This document shows, one piece after another, positions 8,283-17,004 of a DNA stretch of 64,000 bases (the stretch's first letter is position 1; each line of letters begins with the position of its first letter). The notes below the pieces were generated by a model, which did no database searches, was not told the origin of the DNA, and saw only the letters and a list, made by a program, of their open reading frames with translations. Origin of the DNA: Escherichia phage vB_vPM_PD06; sequence record NC_052653.1. The stretch is one strand, 5' to 3'. The translations under genes were made by a program, and so were the position numbers.

Positions 8283-9077
8283 ATGTCCAATAAAATCAGT
8301 CTTAAAAAACGTCAAGAAACTCTTACTGTATCTCTGCGTAAGAAAAAGATTAACGATGTTGTTCTTCGTGTCGGTAGCGCCTTAGATATTTCGGGTAGTA
8401 TGTGTGAGCTGTATCGTGATGGCACTGTTAGTGATTTTGTAGGTAAACTGCTGCCGTTTGGTATGAAGTTTGATGACAATGCACAGATTGACATGTGGGC
8501 TTTCAATAGTTCTTCTTTTGAACTGCCTCCTGCAACGGCTGATGTGTATGATGATTATGTCGGCTCTTGCATGTCTAATGTTTGCATCAACGGTGGTACT
8601 GCTTATGCTCCAGTAATGCAAGAGATCTATGATACATACTTCGGTAGTGTACCTATGAAAAATATTACACGCGAAGTCGTTGAGTATGAAGAAGTCCCGG
8701 CTAAGGGTTTCCTTGCTAAACTAACTGGTAAAAAAGAACTTGTAGAAGTAACACGTACTATTGTAGAACAGGTTGTAGATACTGATGCACAAGTTGATCG
8801 TACTCCTGCAATGATTTTCTTCCAAACTGACGGGGAAAACATGGATACTTCAGCAGTACGTAGCTTACTGAACAAACACCGCAATACGCCTGTTTACTGG
8901 TTTATGGTTGGTGTAGGTAATGCAAACTTTAAATTCCTGAAAGACTTGGCAAAAGAGTACGATAATGTTGATTTTATCGGTATTGCAGATTTGTCCTTGT
9001 CTGATGAAGAACTTTACGATAAACTGTTATCCGAAGAGTTTGGTGAGTGGGTTAAAAAATTCGGAGCAAAAGCGTAA
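8283..9077 (+). CDS. von Willebrand factor A domain protein, TerF/TerY-type
   Basis: MIDAS motif DISGSM. The N-terminus ISLKKRQETLTVSL resembles TerD-family N-termini. A later FFQTDGEN block is present. Confidence 0.75.
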   Translation: MSNKISLKKRQETLTVSLRKKKINDVVLRVGSALDISGSMCELYRDGTVSDFVGKLLPFGMKFDDNAQIDMWAFNSSSFELPPATADVYDDYVGSCMSNVCINGGTAYAPVMQEIYDTYFGSVPMKNITREVVEYEEVPAKGFLAKLTGKKELVEVTRTIVEQVVDTDAQVDRTPAMIFFQTDGENMDTSAVRSLLNKHRNTPVYWFMVGVGNANFKFLKDLAKEYDNVDFIGIADLSLSDEELYDKLLSEEFGEWVKKFGAKA

Positions 9078-9084
9078 AAAACGC

Positions 9085-9112
9085 TTGACTTTGTAGAAAA
9101 GATTAGTAAAAT
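9085..9112 (+). promoter_or_regulatory. sigma70-like promoter TTGACT-16-TAAAAT
   Basis: TTGACT at 9085..9090 and TAAAAT at 9107..9112, in the 72 nt gap before terD. Confidence 0.55.
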
Positions 9113-9149
9113 AGACAACGTAAATTAACAACAAAGGAGATAATAAATT

Positions 9150-9746
9150 ATGACTCAGAAAATTTCCCTGAAAAAAGGTTCTAGCGAAAAAGTTTCTCTG
9201 AAAAAGATCGCACCAGCACTGAAACGCATTCGTCTGGAATTCTCTTGGAAATCTAACGAAAAACTGGATCTGGATGTTAGTGCTCTGATTTGCCGACACA
9301 ATGCATCTGGTCTGCCGGAACTGTTGTCTCCTCGTCACCTGGTGTGCTACGCGCAGAAATTTGATCCTGAACGTTCTACTTTTGCAGGTGAAGATGTTCG
9401 TGATGGTGTAGGACAGATGGAGCAGATTGATGTTACACTGGATAATATCTCTGCTGAAGCACAGGAAATTGCATTCGTAATTACTATTGATGACGAAACG
9501 GGTAAGAAACGCCTTGGTCACGCTACCGAAGGTTTCCTTAAAATCTTCGATGATGAACGTAATGTTGAACTGCTGGACTTTGACTTCTTGGCTCCAGAAC
9601 TTGCAGGTAACACCATTTGCCACGTTGCCTCCCTGGTGCGAGAAGATAGCGAATGGAAACTGAAAGCGTATGGTGTAGGTAAAGCTGGGCTTGACATTTA
9701 CGATGTAGTTAAAGCGTTTGGCGCTGGCGACGATTGGTTCGAGTAA
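9150..9746 (+). CDS. terD: TerD-family protein
   Basis: ISLKKGSSEKVSLKK..., LDLDVSALI, GEDVRDGVG..EQIDVTL and AFVITIDD match the TerD pattern. Codons are CTG-rich and host-like, unlike the neighbours. Confidence 0.85.
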   Translation: MTQKISLKKGSSEKVSLKKIAPALKRIRLEFSWKSNEKLDLDVSALICRHNASGLPELLSPRHLVCYAQKFDPERSTFAGEDVRDGVGQMEQIDVTLDNISAEAQEIAFVITIDDETGKKRLGHATEGFLKIFDDERNVELLDFDFLAPELAGNTICHVASLVREDSEWKLKAYGVGKAGLDIYDVVKAFGAGDDWFE

Positions 9747-9767
9747 TACGTCAAGTAATAAATCATA

Positions 9768-9790
9768 GCGCCCTTCGGGGCGCATATTTT
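9768..9790 (+). terminator. rho-independent terminator (TTCG tetraloop)
   Basis: gcgccc-ttcg-gggcgc followed by atatttta. Confidence 0.7.
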
Positions 9791-9810
9791 AAATAAAAGA
9801 GGAGAAAACA

Positions 9811-10413
9811 ATGGGTATTACTTTAGAAGGTCAAAAACTTATTCGTAGCGGCAATTTTCTTGTAGATATTGACAACAATGAAGATTATGCTTTAGAAGTT
9901 AGTGATGTGCTGTTTGATGCTTTGCAGTCTGGTTTCAATTTTGAAGTTTATGAAGTAATCCGTGGAACTAAACTCAGAGAAACCCTTGGATCATCTAGTG
10001 ATGTTTATCCGGCAATCTGGCAATATTTCGGGTTGATGGAGGGTAAGACATATCTTACTGATAGTTATTCTGAAGATGTTGTTTATCTTGATATGGAAGA
10101 GTTTCGTCGTCTGTTCAAAAGTGAAGAAAATGAAGAAGAGGGTGAACTTTTTGAAGGAATTACTCTCGAAGGTAATGTTGAAATTGTGTACAAAGCAGGA
10201 AAAACATTCCACCTACGCGAAAACGGTAAAGCAAAAGTTGATTTTGTAAACAAGACAGTGACAACTGAACATAATTATCTTAAAGATGGTCAACCAGCTT
10301 TTGAGCGTGTAAAAATTAAATTTAAAGTGTTGTCTGCACTAGTTACGGATCAAGAACGTATTGATTTTGTAGAAGATGGTGTAGTAACTCATACAAAGGT
10401 TTACAATATCTAA
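9811..10413 (+). CDS. hypothetical protein (200 aa)
   Basis: ORF track; AGAGGAGAA RBS. Confidence 0.7.
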   Translation: MGITLEGQKLIRSGNFLVDIDNNEDYALEVSDVLFDALQSGFNFEVYEVIRGTKLRETLGSSSDVYPAIWQYFGLMEGKTYLTDSYSEDVVYLDMEEFRRLFKSEENEEEGELFEGITLEGNVEIVYKAGKTFHLRENGKAKVDFVNKTVTTEHNYLKDGQPAFERVKIKFKVLSALVTDQERIDFVEDGVVTHTKVYNI

Positions 10414-10423
10414 CAGAGTGTAA

Positions 10424-10442
10424 GAGGGGGATAATCCCCCTC
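10424..10442 (+). terminator. GC hairpin, possible terminator (no clear T-run)
   Basis: gaggggg-ataa-tccccctc right after the stop codon. Confidence 0.4.
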
Positions 10443-10445
10443 CAC

Positions 10446-10474
10446 TTGCAAAATAGCCTCTTCTGTGTTACAAT
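10446..10474 (+). promoter_or_regulatory. extended -10 promoter TTGCAA-17-TGtTACAAT
   Basis: TTGCAA at 10446..10451 and TACAAT at 10469..10474, preceded by tgt. Confidence 0.55.
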
Positions 10475-10505
10475 AAAAGTTCGTTTAACAAAATAGGAGG
10501 CAAGT

Positions 10506-11015
10506 TTGTCAATAAAAACCTTTGTCGCAATTGCGTTACTATCCTTAACTGCTTTTACATTTACACCTGTTGTGGCGCAAGCCGAAGCTGCAAACGTAAA
10601 AACTGCTAAAGTAGTTCACAAGTGTACAAAGCGTGATAGTAAAGAAAATCTATTAGCTTGTGCAATCTATGCAGAAAGTCGTAATCAAGGAAAGCGCGGT
10701 ATGTCTGCTGTTGGTAATGTAGTATTGAATAGGGCTAGAGATTCATATTTCCCTGATACTATAAAAGAAGTTTTGTTTCAGAAAGGACAATTCTCTTACA
10801 CGAAGACATTCAACGTTATGGAACACGATAAGTGGAAGGAAGCTAAGGCTATAGCAGAACGTCTACTTTATCTCGATAACCATTTTCCAGAACTACGAAT
10901 TGCATTAGATATTACAAAAGGAGCATTATACTTTAAAAAATCTACAATAAGAGCACACTGGGAAAAAGATATGGTTCTAGTGTACCGCTACAAAGAACAT
11001 CAATTCTATCGCTAA
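10506..11015 (+). CDS. secreted SleB/CwlJ-type cell wall hydrolase (candidate endolysin), TTG start
   Basis: Signal peptide MSIKTFVAIALLSLTAFTFTPVVAQAEA. Hydrolase_2-like core CAIYAESRNQGKRGMSAVGNVVLNRA...KGQFSY. AGGAGG RBS. Confidence 0.75.
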   Translation: MSIKTFVAIALLSLTAFTFTPVVAQAEAANVKTAKVVHKCTKRDSKENLLACAIYAESRNQGKRGMSAVGNVVLNRARDSYFPDTIKEVLFQKGQFSYTKTFNVMEHDKWKEAKAIAERLLYLDNHFPELRIALDITKGALYFKKSTIRAHWEKDMVLVYRYKEHQFYR

Positions 11016-11025
11016 GGAGATATAG

Positions 11026-11304
11026 ATGAAAGATGGCGTTATCGTTGCAAGTTATCTTGTTATTGGTCTTACAGAAGAGGATGTACATTACATTAGGAAA
11101 CATTTAGAACAGTTTGCAATGATGTTCATCGAAGACGAAGACAATGTGGATGTTTATTCAATTGAAATGATCAATGATAACGTCTATCCTTGTATAGCTT
11201 TACGAGTCGATGAAGATGTTTGGGAACGTTTTTCACGTAGTCACGATAATGTTGAATGTTCTATGGTTATGTCACAAAACAACATACTGGGAGTGTTACA
11301 CTGA
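11026..11304 (+). CDS. hypothetical protein (92 aa)
   Basis: ORF track; AAGGAGA RBS. Confidence 0.6.
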   Translation: MKDGVIVASYLVIGLTEEDVHYIRKHLEQFAMMFIEDEDNVDVYSIEMINDNVYPCIALRVDEDVWERFSRSHDNVECSMVMSQNNILGVLH

Positions 11305-11534
11305 TGGCTGATGTTATTGAAGTTAACTTTAAAACAAAAAAGAAAGTTGATAAGTATACAATCTTAAAAAATATTTGCGTTGTGTGCTTCAATTCTGTAA
11401 TATATGACTCACGTAAGGGCGAAGATGAAAATGAACCTTACATCCAGATTTCTAAAGGTAAAGGGCAGTGTATCTGCAAAAACTGTGCTGTAGCAATTAA
11501 GGAGGTTGTAGATGAAAACCATTGGGATCAATGA
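11304..11534 (+). CDS. small zinc-ribbon-like protein
   Basis: The ATG at 11304 overlaps the upstream TGA. Cys pairs CVVC ... CICKNC. Confidence 0.55.
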   Translation: MADVIEVNFKTKKKVDKYTILKNICVVCFNSVIYDSRKGEDENEPYIQISKGKGQCICKNCAVAIKEVVDENHWDQ

Positions 11535-11706
11535 TACTGGTGAAGTTGTAAAATCTTGGGATGATCTTAGTGGTATCCCTACAGATAAACTGATTAAACT
11601 GCGTGATGTTTGTCGTGATCATCTTAATGAAACATATAAAGAGTATATGGAAGCACGAGATCACAGTTTAGCTATCCAAATGGAACTCGCAAAACGTAAT
11701 CAATAG
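11512..11706 (+). CDS. hypothetical protein (64 aa)
   Basis: AAGGAGG RBS 6 nt before the ATG. Confidence 0.6.
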   Translation: MKTIGINDTGEVVKSWDDLSGIPTDKLIKLRDVCRDHLNETYKEYMEARDHSLAIQMELAKRNQ

Positions 11707-11763
11707 GTAAAACCATTTGGACTTTTTAGTCTAAAAATGCTAAAGTAATAATACGGAGGGAGT

Positions 11764-12327
11764 ATGATATTTCACATAACTCCCTATCTTTCTGGAGATA
11801 TTGGAAAAGGTATCAATGACACAATAAGTGTCTTACCAGAAGATAGTTGGATTTGCCTAAGAGACATTGATACAATGTTTCTTCTTCCAGAACAACCTGC
11901 TTGGTTGGAATCAATAGTCCGTTCAAATCCTGATTTTGATGTTCTTGGTGCATCTTGTAATAGATTGGGATCAACATATCAATTATTTAATAATGAAAGA
12001 AGTGAAGATCCAAATATATTACACCACATTGAGATTGCAAAAAGAGCACATCTAGAATGGGGAAACTCAATAGAGGAAGTACCTACAGATGCTATCTTAG
12101 CAGGATTCTTTCTTCTCTTTCGTAAGAGTCTGTGGAATGAAATCCCTTTTGAGGAAAGATCAATACAGTTTGATATAATTTTCTCTAAAGCATTACACGC
12201 TAACAATAAAAGGCTAGGTTTACTACGTGGGTTATATTTATTTCACACATACCGTTTAGGTAATGATGATCCTAGAAAAGCTGTTTCACACCTTTTACAT
12301 TGTCAAGACATGAATAAAATTATTTAA
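11764..12327 (+). CDS. putative GT-A-type glycosyltransferase
   Basis: Small Rossmann-like N-terminus with a RDIDT (DxD-like) motif. GGAGGGAG RBS. The function call is tentative. Confidence 0.5.
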   Translation: MIFHITPYLSGDIGKGINDTISVLPEDSWICLRDIDTMFLLPEQPAWLESIVRSNPDFDVLGASCNRLGSTYQLFNNERSEDPNILHHIEIAKRAHLEWGNSIEEVPTDAILAGFFLLFRKSLWNEIPFEERSIQFDIIFSKALHANNKRLGLLRGLYLFHTYRLGNDDPRKAVSHLLHCQDMNKII

Positions 12328-12336
12328 GGAGTTATT

Positions 12337-13023
12337 TTGGAAAATACAAAAATTGGTGTTGGTGTTATTACTGTAGGTAAGCGTCCTCTTAAAGATTATC
12401 TTGTGACTGATCCTAATGCTACTTTTGTTGTGCAGTATGATCGGGAACGAAAAGGTGTTGCATATGCCCGTAATGAACTGATGAAAAAGTTTTATGATGA
12501 AGGGTATGATTACTGGTTTATTTTTGATGATGATTGCTATCCGGTTGTGCCAGGTTGGGAAACATATTTTGTAAAACAGGCTAAGGAAAATGGTTGGGAT
12601 TTCTTTGGTATGCCTGAATATTTTAAAGATAAAGTAAAAGGTATTGAGGGTGAAGTGGTTATTTGGGAACTAGGTATGTGTCAGTTTGGTATGTATTCCC
12701 GTGCAGTTATTGAGAAAGCTGGCTATTTCCGCTCATACACCCACGGTTATGGATATGAAGATGCAGAGTGGATTCAGCGCGTTCCACTGGCAGGTTTGAA
12801 CCGAGGTATTCAGGGCGTACCATGTCCTATTCGAATTATGGCGTTTATCCATCCTGACGATGTGTTTGGAGATAATCCTTTACCTTTTGCGAATCTGTCA
12901 AAAGAAGAGAAAGAACAGGGGATTGGTGTAAACTGGGAACAATATAAACAATCACTGGAGGATCTTCGCAATGGTAAAACTTTTATCTCTTATGAGGAGG
13001 CTCAAAAATATGGTAAGTGCTAA
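12337..13023 (+). CDS. putative family-2-like glycosyltransferase, TTG start
   Basis: IGVGVITVGKRP..., GVAYARNELMKKF and FIFDDDCYP (DxD). AAGGAG RBS. Confidence 0.6.
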   Translation: MENTKIGVGVITVGKRPLKDYLVTDPNATFVVQYDRERKGVAYARNELMKKFYDEGYDYWFIFDDDCYPVVPGWETYFVKQAKENGWDFFGMPEYFKDKVKGIEGEVVIWELGMCQFGMYSRAVIEKAGYFRSYTHGYGYEDAEWIQRVPLAGLNRGIQGVPCPIRIMAFIHPDDVFGDNPLPFANLSKEEKEQGIGVNWEQYKQSLEDLRNGKTFISYEEAQKYGKC

Positions 13024-13984
13024 TACTCCTGTACTTAAGTGTGATAATAAGTTAGGCAGTGGTTGTGATTACCATCGTATTGTAATGCCGTTTGCGGGAA
13101 ATACGTTCAAACCTAAGAAAGACGTTTTAGTTTTTAATAGAGTGTACTCTCGTGGATCAGACGAGGTTAAACGCCTGAAGGCACAAGGTGTTAAGATTAT
13201 TGTTGACTTAGATGACTTTTATTCACTTAATCCTGAACATTATATGGCTGGCGTATTTACTAATCACTCAAAGACTATTGTAGAGATGGTTAAGTTAGCA
13301 GATGTTGTTACAGTAACAACAGAATACCTGGCTTACAAAATTCGTCATTTAAACCGTAATGTTGTCGTTATTAGAAACGCACTACCTTACGACGAAGGTC
13401 AATTTACTTTGACAAAAGACCGTTATTCTGACACGCCTATTATTTGGGCTGGAGGAGCAAGCCATGAACCTGATTTATCTCTTGTAGCTAATACATTTGA
13501 TGATACACTATTGACAATTGCAGGGTATGAAGTGTATCCTTCTGCACCTGTTGGAAATAATAGTCAGTATCTAACTACTGCGGAGTGGGTTAAAATAAAA
13601 CGTAAAATTCCAAATGCACAGTATAAACCAGCTATTAAAAATTTAGGTGAGTATATGTCTGTGTATGACGGTCACAGTATTGCAATTGCTCCTCTGGTAG
13701 ATAATGACTTCAACAACTGTAAAAGCAATTTGAAGATTTTGGAAGCAGGTGCAAAGGGTCTTCCTATTATCTGTTCTCCTGTGCTGCCGTACTTCAATCC
13801 GGTAGATGCAAAGGCTGTTATTTATGCAGACTCTAAAGCATCTTGGCATTATGAAGTTGTCAAGCTAATGAGGAACCCTAGATACACAGAAGATCGTGGT
13901 ATGATGCTTGCAGAACACGTTCGTCTTAATTATAATCTTGCAGATGCCAATGAACTGCGTCGTCAAGTTATTGAAAGTCTTTAA
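13010..13984 (+). CDS. GT-B (group 1-like) glycosyltransferase, paralog A
   Basis: C-terminal NCKSNLKILEAGAKGLPIICS motif. GAGGAGG lies 9 nt before the ATG at 13010. Clear paralog of the next gene. Confidence 0.65.
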   Translation: MVSANTPVLKCDNKLGSGCDYHRIVMPFAGNTFKPKKDVLVFNRVYSRGSDEVKRLKAQGVKIIVDLDDFYSLNPEHYMAGVFTNHSKTIVEMVKLADVVTVTTEYLAYKIRHLNRNVVVIRNALPYDEGQFTLTKDRYSDTPIIWAGGASHEPDLSLVANTFDDTLLTIAGYEVYPSAPVGNNSQYLTTAEWVKIKRKIPNAQYKPAIKNLGEYMSVYDGHSIAIAPLVDNDFNNCKSNLKILEAGAKGLPIICSPVLPYFNPVDAKAVIYADSKASWHYEVVKLMRNPRYTEDRGMMLAEHVRLNYNLADANELRRQVIESL

Positions 13985-13995
13985 CAAGGAGCCAT

Positions 13996-14940
13996 ATGCC
14001 TAATATTATTCTTGACACACGTGGACATGAGAGGTATAGTGTATGTGATTTTCATAGAATCATTTTGCCATATAAACGCAAACTGACCATTAATCCTAAG
14101 CATAATATTTTTGTGTTCAATGGAGTACCAACTCGTGGAAAGCCAGGTTTCCTGGCTCTTAAACAACTTGGGTTTAAATTGGTAATGGATCTGGATGATT
14201 CTTTAATTATTCCTGAAGGGCATATGCTTGAAGGATTATTTGAAAATCAAATCCGAGATGACCTAAAATGGTTCCTTGAAAGAAGCGATCTTGTAACTAC
14301 AACAACTCCAGCATTAAAGGTTGAATTAAGCCAATACAATGATAATGTACATATTGTGCCTAACGGACTACCTTTTGATGAAGGACAGTTTGTTCTTACG
14401 AAAGATCGTTATTCTAAAAGTCCACTGGTTTGGGCGGGAAGTGAAACACATAAACATGATTTAGCAATTCTCCCTGCTTTTGGTAAAGAGTTAACTTTAT
14501 GTGGATTTCGTAGAGATCACGAAGAGTTAAGTAGTGCTCAATGGTTGCAAATTAAAGAAGAGATTCAACCAGATTGTGTTTATGAAGGTATTCGTCCTTA
14601 TGAGTGTTATATGGAAGCATACGATGGTCATCAAATCTCCATAGCTCCATTAGTAAATAATCATTTTAATAATGCCAAAAGTAATTTAAAAATTCTTGAA
14701 GCTGGTGCTAAAGGTTTGCCACTCGTTTGTTCACCAAGAGAGAACTATTATACTGAAGAGTTTAAAGATCTAATCTTCTTTGCTGATTCAGTTAAAGAGT
14801 GGAAAGATATTGTAGAATACTTAATCGAATCTCCTGATGTTTGTATTGAGAAAGGATTGGCTCTTGCTAAGTATGTAAGAGATAACTACAATATTGATGA
14901 TTTAAATGAAACCCGCAGACTGCTTATCGAGGATTTATAA
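13996..14940 (+). CDS. GT-B (group 1-like) glycosyltransferase, paralog B
   Basis: Colinear similarity to 13010..13984 (DFHRIILPY / DYHRIVMPF; LTKDRYS; SIAPLVNNHFNNAKSNLKILEAGAKGLP). Confidence 0.65.
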   Translation: MPNIILDTRGHERYSVCDFHRIILPYKRKLTINPKHNIFVFNGVPTRGKPGFLALKQLGFKLVMDLDDSLIIPEGHMLEGLFENQIRDDLKWFLERSDLVTTTTPALKVELSQYNDNVHIVPNGLPFDEGQFVLTKDRYSKSPLVWAGSETHKHDLAILPAFGKELTLCGFRRDHEELSSAQWLQIKEEIQPDCVYEGIRPYECYMEAYDGHQISIAPLVNNHFNNAKSNLKILEAGAKGLPLVCSPRENYYTEEFKDLIFFADSVKEWKDIVEYLIESPDVCIEKGLALAKYVRDNYNIDDLNETRRLLIEDL

Positions 14941-15209
14941 TGAACACTTTTGATTTTGAGTATAAACAAGATAATAAAGAACCTATTATTGTTGAAGTAG
15001 ATTACTATTATGAAGAACCTAATCCTTTCTCACGAGAAAGTGATTGGGATTATTATGGTGGCCTTATTGTTGATGGTATTAGGTTCTATTCTGGTACAAA
15101 AGAACTTTTTGATATAGATATTTCCCCATCGGAAATTGTTTACCAATTTAAGAAACATATGGAAGATTTGGAAATGCAATATATTATGGAGACAAACGAA
15201 TCATTTTAG
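14940..15209 (+). CDS. hypothetical protein (89 aa)
   Basis: The start overlaps the upstream stop (TAATG). Confidence 0.6.
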   Translation: MNTFDFEYKQDNKEPIIVEVDYYYEEPNPFSRESDWDYYGGLIVDGIRFYSGTKELFDIDISPSEIVYQFKKHMEDLEMQYIMETNESF

Positions 15210-15221
15210 TAGGAGAATCAT

Positions 15222-16994
15222 GTGTCTTATGTTGTAAATAAATATGGGTATAACATTGACCTAAGTCAAGAAGGACATACTGGGTGTCCTCGTTGTATGA
15301 AAGGAGGGCGTGATCGATCACAAAACAATTTGATGGTATACGGCTTAGATGCCGATGAAGACCATCGAGGCGCACATTGTTTTTCTTGTGGCTTTACTAT
15401 CCCTGATCAAAAATGGTTAAATGCACACGGCGAAGAAATTGAAGAGGAGGATATCTTGGGTAGTGAGTTTAATCCAGAAGTACATGATAAACTAAAAGCC
15501 AGCACTGGAACTAATCCAAAAGGTTATCGCGGTATTCGTGAAGATATCTCTAAACCTTTCGGTGTACGCTATATGTACGATGAAGCTACTGGCGAAGTAA
15601 TTTCAACACTATACCCTACAACTAAAGATTACAATATTGCTGGGTATAAACAACGTATTGATCCAAAAGATTTTTCGCATCCTATCGGTGAAACAGGAAA
15701 GGATTGTGATCTCTTTGGGGAGTTTAAATATCGTAACCACAGCGGTACTATTCTAATCGTTGGTGGTGAACACGATATGCTGGCTGCAACACAGATGCTA
15801 AAAGATTATAACAAGGGCGGTAAATATCCTGTTCCTGCTGTAGTATCTGGTACTTGTGGCGAAACATCTCTGCATAAGCAGCTTCAACATCGTTATAAAT
15901 TCTTAGATCAATTTAAAAAGATTGTTCTGTGTATGGATAATGATGAAGCTGGACGTGCAGCAGTTGAGAAATGTGTTAAAATCTTACCACGTAATAAAGT
16001 TTACGTGATGGAACTAACAGATGTTAAAGATCCTAACCAGGCACTAGTAGAAGGAAAAATTGATCACTTTCTTGATCGCTTTTTCAAAGCTAAACTGTAC
16101 ACACCTGCTGGTGTTTATGCTTCTAACGTACTGTATGAAGCAGCCTTGGAATGTCTGGAAGCTAAAATGATTACTCTTCCTCCATTCATGCGTGTTGCTT
16201 CTAATATGTTAGGTGGAGGCTTGGTAGAAGAAGAAATTACTGTTATACTTGCAAAAACAAGTATTGGTAAGACACTGTTGGTTAACGAGATTACGAAACA
16301 CATTATTCTTGCACACCCAGAACATACTCTTGGTATTTTATCTTTGGAGGCAACGTATAAGAAGTATTCTCGTAACTTACTGTCTTCATTCTTGCACATC
16401 CCTCTTCACCGTAAAACAAAAGAAGAGAAGGAAAAGATTTTAAAAGATAATGAAGAAAAGATTCGTGATTTTTACGAACGAGAAGATGGAACACCACGTT
16501 TCTATGTTTGTGATGATCGTGGAGCTAACGTAGATGTGATTAAAGAGAAGGTTCTGGAAATGATTATTTATTTCGGAGTAACCATTCTTGTTATCGACCC
16601 TTATTCTGATTTGCTTTCTGGTATGGACGTGTCACAACAAGAGGAACTTGCGACGTGGCTCAAACGCATTATGAAAGAGTACGCAATTACCATTGTTGTA
16701 ATTTCACACGTTAAAAAGTCTTCTAACAATAGTAATGAACATATTGTAGAAGATGATGCAATGGGTAGTAGCTTCCTTGCTAAAGGTGCTGGTATCACAA
16801 TTGCGCTGGAGCGTGATAAACAAGCTGAAGATCCTATGGAACGTAACCGCACATATTGCTACATTCTAAAGAACCGTGAGTTCTCAGAGACTGGTGCAGC
16901 AGGTAGTTTCTTCTATGAGATTAAAACAGCTACACTTCACGATTACGATCAATACACAAGTAACCCAGAGAATATTCCTGATGGTTCTTATTAA
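15222..16994 (+). CDS. bifunctional DNA primase/helicase (T7 gp4-like), GTG start
   Basis: Zn finger CPRCMKGG...CFSCG. TOPRIM VGGEHDMLA...CMDNDEAGRAA. DnaB-type Walker A LAKTSIGKT and Walker B-like LVIDPYS. Confidence 0.85.
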   Translation: MSYVVNKYGYNIDLSQEGHTGCPRCMKGGRDRSQNNLMVYGLDADEDHRGAHCFSCGFTIPDQKWLNAHGEEIEEEDILGSEFNPEVHDKLKASTGTNPKGYRGIREDISKPFGVRYMYDEATGEVISTLYPTTKDYNIAGYKQRIDPKDFSHPIGETGKDCDLFGEFKYRNHSGTILIVGGEHDMLAATQMLKDYNKGGKYPVPAVVSGTCGETSLHKQLQHRYKFLDQFKKIVLCMDNDEAGRAAVEKCVKILPRNKVYVMELTDVKDPNQALVEGKIDHFLDRFFKAKLYTPAGVYASNVLYEAALECLEAKMITLPPFMRVASNMLGGGLVEEEITVILAKTSIGKTLLVNEITKHIILAHPEHTLGILSLEATYKKYSRNLLSSFLHIPLHRKTKEEKEKILKDNEEKIRDFYEREDGTPRFYVCDDRGANVDVIKEKVLEMIIYFGVTILVIDPYSDLLSGMDVSQQEELATWLKRIMKEYAITIVVISHVKKSSNNSNEHIVEDDAMGSSFLAKGAGITIALERDKQAEDPMERNRTYCYILKNREFSETGAAGSFFYEIKTATLHDYDQYTSNPENIPDGSY

Positions 16995-17004
16995 GGAGAG
17001 AAAT

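Noticed and set aside
9027-9785. A 252 aa ORF on the - strand, the longest antisense ORF in the early arm.
   Set aside because: It lies exactly antisense to terD, which has its own RBS, promoter, terminator and family motifs. The product is low-complexity with no RBS, and its 5' end sits inside the terD terminator hairpin.
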